A stretch of 36,540 nt of DNA from Naegleria gruberi (Eukaryota), in the NCBI GenBank assembly GCA_000004985.1, contig GG739237.1, one strand, 5' to 3'. Numbering within the stretch: the stretch's first letter is position 1; each line of letters begins with the position of its first letter. Positions 1-7,900 of the stretch are shown piece by piece. Position numbers and translations under genes: made by a program. The notes under the pieces are model-generated. The model saw only the letters and a list, made by a program, of their open reading frames with translations, ran no database searches and had not been told where the DNA came from.

Positions 1-2
1 TG

Positions 3-893
3 GGTACTGGTCTCAGAGTTCATAACTTTGATTTCAATACATTCGATAATACTCCAGGTACTGTTAAGAAATTGGTTAGATCTAAGGATAACAAATACTT
101 GTTTGTTTCTGGTACTTTCAATAGAGCTGGTGATTTGTGGGTTAATGGTTTGGCTTATTGGAATATTGAAAAGAAGACTTGGAACAAGCTTGAAACCAAC
201 TCAATGGATAGCATTAGTGATATCGATTATGATGGTAGATATTTATATGTTGTTGGTTCTTTGACTAGAGCTGGTAAATATGTTGTTAAGAATGCTGCTA
301 GATTTGATATGGAATCTCAAACATGGTTGCCAATGAATGATGGTTTGTCTTCTCCTGCCTCAGTTGGTGTTGTTGTTGATGGTAAATTCGTTGCTTGGGG
401 TTCAAATGGTGGTTCTGGTGTTTCATTCTGGCAAAATTTGGCTGTTTGGTCATCAAACTCATGGAAGGCAATTGAAATGGATGCTGCTAACAATAATGGA
501 TGTTACTCTGATAGAGAAGTCTGTATTTCTAGTGTTCCATTGACTGCTGTCACTTATTTCAAGGGTAAGATTTACTTCTTGAGTGCTGGTACTGTCTATG
601 TCTCTGATACTTCAATGAGTAAGGGTACTTTATATGCTAGAGGTTCTCTTGGTACTATTAATGCCAAGACTCAATTCTTCAATTATCCAAAGTCAAATAC
701 TATTGGTGTTGCTTCAATTGGTGGAGTTGAATTCGTTGAATATAACATTGATACTAAGAATATTCAACATACTAATACTAGAGATAGTTATGTTCTTGCT
801 GATGCTCCAATTATGGCCATCTCTGCTGCTCCAAAGAATGTCTTTGCTGTTGTTGCTTTGATTGCTTCATTGATTGTTACATTGTTCTTTTAA
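3..893 (+). CDS. Kelch / galactose-oxidase-type beta-propeller repeat cell-surface protein, C-terminal portion (5' partial: frame is open back to the window start), ending in a GPI-anchor-like hydrophobic C-terminus; possibly Rax2-like
   Basis: Frame 3 is open from base 3 (GTGLRVHNFDF...) to TAA at 891-893; the track's start at 72 is only a TTG alternative start inside a longer open frame. The protein has four tandem ~45-aa units (DNKYLFVSGTF..RAGDLW..W; DGRYLYVVGSL..RAGKY..W; DGKFVAWGSNG..W..W; GKIYFLSAGTVYV) with the kelch-like hydrophobic-Gly-Ser/Thr core and conserved Trp. The last 17 residues (VFAVVALIASLIVTLFF) are uniformly hydrophobic and preceded by small residues (SAAPKN), like a GPI attachment signal or a terminal TM anchor. 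Codon bias is strong (TTG, AGA, GGT, GTT, AAG, no CTG), as in a native, well-expressed yeast gene. The product family is inferred from repeat pattern only; no search was possible. Confidence 0.8.
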   Translation, partial: GTGLRVHNFDFNTFDNTPGTVKKLVRSKDNKYLFVSGTFNRAGDLWVNGLAYWNIEKKTWNKLETNSMDSISDIDYDGRYLYVVGSLTRAGKYVVKNAARFDMESQTWLPMNDGLSSPASVGVVVDGKFVAWGSNGGSGVSFWQNLAVWSSNSWKAIEMDAANNNGCYSDREVCISSVPLTAVTYFKGKIYFLSAGTVYVSDTSMSKGTLYARGSLGTINAKTQFFNYPKSNTIGVASIGGVEFVEYNIDTKNIQHTNTRDSYVLADAPIMAISAAPKNVFAVVALIASLIVTLFF

Positions 894-940
894 ATAAATT
901 AAATTTTCTTCATAATTTTGTTGAACATTGAAAAGAGTTT
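894..940 (+). terminator. Putative 3' end-processing / polyadenylation region of the kelch-repeat gene
   Basis: Immediately after the TAA stop: ttttaaataaattaaattttcttcataattttgttg, an AT-rich stretch containing AATAAA-like and T-rich elements typical of yeast 3' UTRs. Position and composition only. Confidence 0.3.
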
Positions 941-1254
941 CATTATGTTGAACCATTGTGTTGATAATTGCTCTGAATCCACTTACCTCTGAGGTGACAT
1001 CTTACATTGGAGGAGCAAATTCTGCTGCGCTTAGTTGAAAGAGATGGAAGAAGCAGTTGCTACTGAAATAATGGAAAGAAATATTATTAAGGAATTGTTA
1101 ATAGATGAGTTAACATCAACCATTCGAATACATAACATGAATTGCAAATAGAAGACAAATGGCTTCTAGGAGCACACATAGAGAGCACTCCATAACATTT
1201 TAGGTTTTGAAAATTAAAGTTCAATATTGTTCGATTCTAATTAAAAAGTTGTGG

Positions 1255-1291
1255 CAAACAATTTTACCTCTCAAATTATTCATAAAAAAAA
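1255..1291 (+). promoter_or_regulatory. A-rich 5' leader / translation initiation context of the vWA gene
   Basis: cataaaaaaaaATGg gives a run of A at -1 to -9 with A at -3, the preferred yeast initiation context. It lies directly upstream of the first in-frame ATG (1292) of a well-supported CDS. No clear TATA box was recognised further upstream. Confidence 0.35.
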
Positions 1292-1559
1292 ATGGGCAAT
1301 AAACAATCTAACCATCATCATCACCAACAACAACAACAGTCTTCTTCCACGAGCACCTTCACACCAACAACTATTCCGGTTTCTAATGAAGAGGCCTACA
1401 GAAGAGAAATGGAAATTTGTAGACAATACGAAATTGAAAGTAAGATGAGAGAAATGCATGAAGCCAAGTTTCATCAATATTCGGAAAATAAGGAGCCAGC
1501 ATTGCAAAATCTTCAATTGGTATTAATAATTGATCACTCTGGATCAATGGGTTCTTTTG
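1292..1559 (+). CDS. vWA (von Willebrand factor A) domain protein, exon 1: N-terminal MGNKQS myristoylation consensus, His4-Gln5-Ser/Thr low-complexity tract, coiled/charged linker, then start of the vWA domain (LVLIIDHSGSMGSF)
   Basis: ATG at 1292 in A-rich context. The exon ends ...QNLQLVLIIDHSGSMGSF, where DxSGSM is the canonical MIDAS motif that opens a vWA/integrin-I domain. Without splicing, the frame runs into GRFFCEIIFILIGN* (stop at 1601-1603). A GT at 1560 (GTAGGT) and AG at 1607-1608 restore the frame exactly in phase 1. Confidence 0.8.
1313..1348 (+). repeat. Coding trinucleotide microsatellite (CAT)3-CAC-(CAA)4-CAG-(TCT)2-TCC encoding HHHHQQQQQSSS
   Basis: Read directly from the sequence: catcatcatcaccaacaacaacaacagtcttcttcc, in frame within exon 1 of the vWA gene. 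Confidence 0.9.
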
Positions 1560-1608
1560 GTAGGTTTTTTTGTGAAATAATTTTTATTCTAATTGGAAAC
1601 TGAACAAG
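1560..1608 (+). other. Spliceosomal intron (49 nt, phase 1) of the vWA gene; donor GTAGGT, putative branch CTAAT at 1589-1593, acceptor AAG
   Basis: gtaggtttttttgtgaaataatttttattctaattggaaactgaacaag. Removing it joins ...GSMGSF to DEDATGQNRSKGLVDSNHWTRYDNVIQAAKYL..., which continues the vWA fold (helix alpha1, then beta-strand KVPLIFFDS, then the VLFIVFTDGSPNGG motif). The intron is AT-rich. The exact donor and acceptor are chosen because they are the only GT/AG pair that restores frame; no RNA evidence is available. Confidence 0.65.
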
Positions 1609-1979
1609 ATGAGGATGCAACAGGTCAAAATCGTTCCAAGGGCTTGGTTGATTCTAATCATTGGACACGTTATGATAATGTTATTCAAGCAGCTAAATAT
1701 CTTTCTGAAAGTATATTACAATATGATAAGGATGGAAAGGTACCACTTATTTTCTTTGATTCAAATGTTAGAGAAGTGATTGTTGACAGTATTCCAAGAT
1801 TAGTTGCTGCATTTGAAAAAAATCAACCAAATTCAAGTACCAATTTATTAGGAGCTCTTGAATTAGCATTTAAAAATCATGTCAATGATCATGAAAATGT
1901 ATTATTTATTGTTTTCACAGATGGTAGTCCTAACGGAGGTCAAGAACCAAAGATCAAACAATTAATTCAAGACAAATTG
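1609..1979 (+). CDS. vWA domain protein, exon 2 (3' partial: runs into the N gap at 1980)
   Basis: Continuous open frame DEDATGQNRSKGLVDSNHWTRYDNVIQAAKYLSESILQYDKDGKVPLIFFDSNVREVIVDSIPRLVAAFEKNQPNSSTNLLGALELAFKNHVNDHENVLFIVFTDGSPNGGQEPKIKQLIQDKL. It contains the conserved vWA elements after the MIDAS DxSxS: a Thr in the alpha1 region, a hydrophobic beta-strand ending FFDS, LGALELA, and the FTDG + GG motif. The last real base is 1979. Confidence 0.8.
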
Positions 1980-4900
1980 NNNNNNNNNNNNNNNNNNNNN
2001 NNNNNNNNNNNNNNNNNNNNNNNNNNNNNNNNNNNNNNNNNNNNNNNNNNNNNNNNNNNNNNNNNNNNNNNNNNNNNNNNNNNNNNNNNNNNNNNNNNNN
2101 NNNNNNNNNNNNNNNNNNNNNNNNNNNNNNNNNNNNNNNNNNNNNNNNNNNNNNNNNNNNNNNNNNNNNNNNNNNNNNNNNNNNNNNNNNNNNNNNNNNN
2201 NNNNNNNNNNNNNNNNNNNNNNNNNNNNNNNNNNNNNNNNNNNNNNNNNNNNNNNNNNNNNNNNNNNNNNNNNNNNNNNNNNNNNNNNNNNNNNNNNNNN
2301 NNNNNNNNNNNNNNNNNNNNNNNNNNNNNNNNNNNNNNNNNNNNNNNNNNNNNNNNNNNNNNNNNNNNNNNNNNNNNNNNNNNNNNNNNNNNNNNNNNNN
2401 NNNNNNNNNNNNNNNNNNNNNNNNNNNNNNNNNNNNNNNNNNNNNNNNNNNNNNNNNNNNNNNNNNNNNNNNNNNNNNNNNNNNNNNNNNNNNNNNNNNN
2501 NNNNNNNNNNNNNNNNNNNNNNNNNNNNNNNNNNNNNNNNNNNNNNNNNNNNNNNNNNNNNNNNNNNNNNNNNNNNNNNNNNNNNNNNNNNNNNNNNNNN
2601 NNNNNNNNNNNNNNNNNNNNNNNNNNNNNNNNNNNNNNNNNNNNNNNNNNNNNNNNNNNNNNNNNNNNNNNNNNNNNNNNNNNNNNNNNNNNNNNNNNNN
2701 NNNNNNNNNNNNNNNNNNNNNNNNNNNNNNNNNNNNNNNNNNNNNNNNNNNNNNNNNNNNNNNNNNNNNNNNNNNNNNNNNNNNNNNNNNNNNNNNNNNN
2801 NNNNNNNNNNNNNNNNNNNNNNNNNNNNNNNNNNNNNNNNNNNNNNNNNNNNNNNNNNNNNNNNNNNNNNNNNNNNNNNNNNNNNNNNNNNNNNNNNNNN
2901 NNNNNNNNNNNNNNNNNNNNNNNNNNNNNNNNNNNNNNNNNNNNNNNNNNNNNNNNNNNNNNNNNNNNNNNNNNNNNNNNNNNNNNNNNNNNNNNNNNNN
3001 NNNNNNNNNNNNNNNNNNNNNNNNNNNNNNNNNNNNNNNNNNNNNNNNNNNNNNNNNNNNNNNNNNNNNNNNNNNNNNNNNNNNNNNNNNNNNNNNNNNN
3101 NNNNNNNNNNNNNNNNNNNNNNNNNNNNNNNNNNNNNNNNNNNNNNNNNNNNNNNNNNNNNNNNNNNNNNNNNNNNNNNNNNNNNNNNNNNNNNNNNNNN
3201 NNNNNNNNNNNNNNNNNNNNNNNNNNNNNNNNNNNNNNNNNNNNNNNNNNNNNNNNNNNNNNNNNNNNNNNNNNNNNNNNNNNNNNNNNNNNNNNNNNNN
3301 NNNNNNNNNNNNNNNNNNNNNNNNNNNNNNNNNNNNNNNNNNNNNNNNNNNNNNNNNNNNNNNNNNNNNNNNNNNNNNNNNNNNNNNNNNNNNNNNNNNN
3401 NNNNNNNNNNNNNNNNNNNNNNNNNNNNNNNNNNNNNNNNNNNNNNNNNNNNNNNNNNNNNNNNNNNNNNNNNNNNNNNNNNNNNNNNNNNNNNNNNNNN
3501 NNNNNNNNNNNNNNNNNNNNNNNNNNNNNNNNNNNNNNNNNNNNNNNNNNNNNNNNNNNNNNNNNNNNNNNNNNNNNNNNNNNNNNNNNNNNNNNNNNNN
3601 NNNNNNNNNNNNNNNNNNNNNNNNNNNNNNNNNNNNNNNNNNNNNNNNNNNNNNNNNNNNNNNNNNNNNNNNNNNNNNNNNNNNNNNNNNNNNNNNNNNN
3701 NNNNNNNNNNNNNNNNNNNNNNNNNNNNNNNNNNNNNNNNNNNNNNNNNNNNNNNNNNNNNNNNNNNNNNNNNNNNNNNNNNNNNNNNNNNNNNNNNNNN
3801 NNNNNNNNNNNNNNNNNNNNNNNNNNNNNNNNNNNNNNNNNNNNNNNNNNNNNNNNNNNNNNNNNNNNNNNNNNNNNNNNNNNNNNNNNNNNNNNNNNNN
3901 NNNNNNNNNNNNNNNNNNNNNNNNNNNNNNNNNNNNNNNNNNNNNNNNNNNNNNNNNNNNNNNNNNNNNNNNNNNNNNNNNNNNNNNNNNNNNNNNNNNN
4001 NNNNNNNNNNNNNNNNNNNNNNNNNNNNNNNNNNNNNNNNNNNNNNNNNNNNNNNNNNNNNNNNNNNNNNNNNNNNNNNNNNNNNNNNNNNNNNNNNNNN
4101 NNNNNNNNNNNNNNNNNNNNNNNNNNNNNNNNNNNNNNNNNNNNNNNNNNNNNNNNNNNNNNNNNNNNNNNNNNNNNNNNNNNNNNNNNNNNNNNNNNNN
4201 NNNNNNNNNNNNNNNNNNNNNNNNNNNNNNNNNNNNNNNNNNNNNNNNNNNNNNNNNNNNNNNNNNNNNNNNNNNNNNNNNNNNNNNNNNNNNNNNNNNN
4301 NNNNNNNNNNNNNNNNNNNNNNNNNNNNNNNNNNNNNNNNNNNNNNNNNNNNNNNNNNNNNNNNNNNNNNNNNNNNNNNNNNNNNNNNNNNNNNNNNNNN
4401 NNNNNNNNNNNNNNNNNNNNNNNNNNNNNNNNNNNNNNNNNNNNNNNNNNNNNNNNNNNNNNNNNNNNNNNNNNNNNNNNNNNNNNNNNNNNNNNNNNNN
4501 NNNNNNNNNNNNNNNNNNNNNNNNNNNNNNNNNNNNNNNNNNNNNNNNNNNNNNNNNNNNNNNNNNNNNNNNNNNNNNNNNNNNNNNNNNNNNNNNNNNN
4601 NNNNNNNNNNNNNNNNNNNNNNNNNNNNNNNNNNNNNNNNNNNNNNNNNNNNNNNNNNNNNNNNNNNNNNNNNNNNNNNNNNNNNNNNNNNNNNNNNNNN
4701 NNNNNNNNNNNNNNNNNNNNNNNNNNNNNNNNNNNNNNNNNNNNNNNNNNNNNNNNNNNNNNNNNNNNNNNNNNNNNNNNNNNNNNNNNNNNNNNNNNNN
4801 NNNNNNNNNNNNNNNNNNNNNNNNNNNNNNNNNNNNNNNNNNNNNNNNNNNNNNNNNNNNNNNNNNNNNNNNNNNNNNNNNNNNNNNNNNNNNNNNNNNN

Positions 4901-7900
4901 NNNNNNNNNNNNNNNNNNNNNNNNNNNNNNNNNNNNNNNNNNNNNNNNNNNNNNNNNNNNNNNNNNNNNNNNNNNNNNNNNNNNNNNNNNNNNNNNNNNN
5001 NNNNNNNNNNNNNNNNNNNNNNNNNNNNNNNNNNNNNNNNNNNNNNNNNNNNNNNNNNNNNNNNNNNNNNNNNNNNNNNNNNNNNNNNNNNNNNNNNNNN
5101 NNNNNNNNNNNNNNNNNNNNNNNNNNNNNNNNNNNNNNNNNNNNNNNNNNNNNNNNNNNNNNNNNNNNNNNNNNNNNNNNNNNNNNNNNNNNNNNNNNNN
5201 NNNNNNNNNNNNNNNNNNNNNNNNNNNNNNNNNNNNNNNNNNNNNNNNNNNNNNNNNNNNNNNNNNNNNNNNNNNNNNNNNNNNNNNNNNNNNNNNNNNN
5301 NNNNNNNNNNNNNNNNNNNNNNNNNNNNNNNNNNNNNNNNNNNNNNNNNNNNNNNNNNNNNNNNNNNNNNNNNNNNNNNNNNNNNNNNNNNNNNNNNNNN
5401 NNNNNNNNNNNNNNNNNNNNNNNNNNNNNNNNNNNNNNNNNNNNNNNNNNNNNNNNNNNNNNNNNNNNNNNNNNNNNNNNNNNNNNNNNNNNNNNNNNNN
5501 NNNNNNNNNNNNNNNNNNNNNNNNNNNNNNNNNNNNNNNNNNNNNNNNNNNNNNNNNNNNNNNNNNNNNNNNNNNNNNNNNNNNNNNNNNNNNNNNNNNN
5601 NNNNNNNNNNNNNNNNNNNNNNNNNNNNNNNNNNNNNNNNNNNNNNNNNNNNNNNNNNNNNNNNNNNNNNNNNNNNNNNNNNNNNNNNNNNNNNNNNNNN
5701 NNNNNNNNNNNNNNNNNNNNNNNNNNNNNNNNNNNNNNNNNNNNNNNNNNNNNNNNNNNNNNNNNNNNNNNNNNNNNNNNNNNNNNNNNNNNNNNNNNNN
5801 NNNNNNNNNNNNNNNNNNNNNNNNNNNNNNNNNNNNNNNNNNNNNNNNNNNNNNNNNNNNNNNNNNNNNNNNNNNNNNNNNNNNNNNNNNNNNNNNNNNN
5901 NNNNNNNNNNNNNNNNNNNNNNNNNNNNNNNNNNNNNNNNNNNNNNNNNNNNNNNNNNNNNNNNNNNNNNNNNNNNNNNNNNNNNNNNNNNNNNNNNNNN
6001 NNNNNNNNNNNNNNNNNNNNNNNNNNNNNNNNNNNNNNNNNNNNNNNNNNNNNNNNNNNNNNNNNNNNNNNNNNNNNNNNNNNNNNNNNNNNNNNNNNNN
6101 NNNNNNNNNNNNNNNNNNNNNNNNNNNNNNNNNNNNNNNNNNNNNNNNNNNNNNNNNNNNNNNNNNNNNNNNNNNNNNNNNNNNNNNNNNNNNNNNNNNN
6201 NNNNNNNNNNNNNNNNNNNNNNNNNNNNNNNNNNNNNNNNNNNNNNNNNNNNNNNNNNNNNNNNNNNNNNNNNNNNNNNNNNNNNNNNNNNNNNNNNNNN
6301 NNNNNNNNNNNNNNNNNNNNNNNNNNNNNNNNNNNNNNNNNNNNNNNNNNNNNNNNNNNNNNNNNNNNNNNNNNNNNNNNNNNNNNNNNNNNNNNNNNNN
6401 NNNNNNNNNNNNNNNNNNNNNNNNNNNNNNNNNNNNNNNNNNNNNNNNNNNNNNNNNNNNNNNNNNNNNNNNNNNNNNNNNNNNNNNNNNNNNNNNNNNN
6501 NNNNNNNNNNNNNNNNNNNNNNNNNNNNNNNNNNNNNNNNNNNNNNNNNNNNNNNNNNNNNNNNNNNNNNNNNNNNNNNNNNNNNNNNNNNNNNNNNNNN
6601 NNNNNNNNNNNNNNNNNNNNNNNNNNNNNNNNNNNNNNNNNNNNNNNNNNNNNNNNNNNNNNNNNNNNNNNNNNNNNNNNNNNNNNNNNNNNNNNNNNNN
6701 NNNNNNNNNNNNNNNNNNNNNNNNNNNNNNNNNNNNNNNNNNNNNNNNNNNNNNNNNNNNNNNNNNNNNNNNNNNNNNNNNNNNNNNNNNNNNNNNNNNN
6801 NNNNNNNNNNNNNNNNNNNNNNNNNNNNNNNNNNNNNNNNNNNNNNNNNNNNNNNNNNNNNNNNNNNNNNNNNNNNNNNNNNNNNNNNNNNNNNNNNNNN
6901 NNNNNNNNNNNNNNNNNNNNNNNNNNNNNNNNNNNNNNNNNNNNNNNNNNNNNNNNNNNNNNNNNNNNNNNNNNNNNNNNNNNNNNNNNNNNNNNNNNNN
7001 NNNNNNNNNNNNNNNNNNNNNNNNNNNNNNNNNNNNNNNNNNNNNNNNNNNNNNNNNNNNNNNNNNNNNNNNNNNNNNNNNNNNNNNNNNNNNNNNNNNN
7101 NNNNNNNNNNNNNNNNNNNNNNNNNNNNNNNNNNNNNNNNNNNNNNNNNNNNNNNNNNNNNNNNNNNNNNNNNNNNNNNNNNNNNNNNNNNNNNNNNNNN
7201 NNNNNNNNNNNNNNNNNNNNNNNNNNNNNNNNNNNNNNNNNNNNNNNNNNNNNNNNNNNNNNNNNNNNNNNNNNNNNNNNNNNNNNNNNNNNNNNNNNNN
7301 NNNNNNNNNNNNNNNNNNNNNNNNNNNNNNNNNNNNNNNNNNNNNNNNNNNNNNNNNNNNNNNNNNNNNNNNNNNNNNNNNNNNNNNNNNNNNNNNNNNN
7401 NNNNNNNNNNNNNNNNNNNNNNNNNNNNNNNNNNNNNNNNNNNNNNNNNNNNNNNNNNNNNNNNNNNNNNNNNNNNNNNNNNNNNNNNNNNNNNNNNNNN
7501 NNNNNNNNNNNNNNNNNNNNNNNNNNNNNNNNNNNNNNNNNNNNNNNNNNNNNNNNNNNNNNNNNNNNNNNNNNNNNNNNNNNNNNNNNNNNNNNNNNNN
7601 NNNNNNNNNNNNNNNNNNNNNNNNNNNNNNNNNNNNNNNNNNNNNNNNNNNNNNNNNNNNNNNNNNNNNNNNNNNNNNNNNNNNNNNNNNNNNNNNNNNN
7701 NNNNNNNNNNNNNNNNNNNNNNNNNNNNNNNNNNNNNNNNNNNNNNNNNNNNNNNNNNNNNNNNNNNNNNNNNNNNNNNNNNNNNNNNNNNNNNNNNNNN
7801 NNNNNNNNNNNNNNNNNNNNNNNNNNNNNNNNNNNNNNNNNNNNNNNNNNNNNNNNNNNNNNNNNNNNNNNNNNNNNNNNNNNNNNNNNNNNNNNNNNNN

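Noticed and set aside
28-861. Alternative-frame ORFs 28..264, 337..543 and 634..861 on the + strand
   Set aside because: They lie wholly inside the strongly codon-biased kelch-repeat CDS in other frames. Their translations are Leu/Val-rich with no motif, as expected from frame-shifted reading of a T3-rich gene.
1044-1151. 36-codon ORF MEEAVATEIMERNIIKELLIDELTSTIRIHNMNCK in the intergenic region
   Set aside because: Too short to support from sequence alone, and no recognisable motif. It could be a uORF in the vWA 5' leader or chance. It lies inside the region discussed as a weak U1-like candidate.
1251-1516. ORFs 1251..1448 (+) and 1280..1516 (-)
   Set aside because: They overlap exon 1 of the vWA gene out of frame or antisense. 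The in-frame exon has the ATG context, the MIDAS motif and downstream continuity after splicing; these do not.
1560-1603. Unspliced continuation of ORF 1292..1603 (..GSFGRFFCEIIFILIGN*)
   Set aside because: It would truncate the vWA domain 3 residues after the MIDAS motif. A GT...AG pair restores a conserved vWA continuation, so the tail is read as intron.
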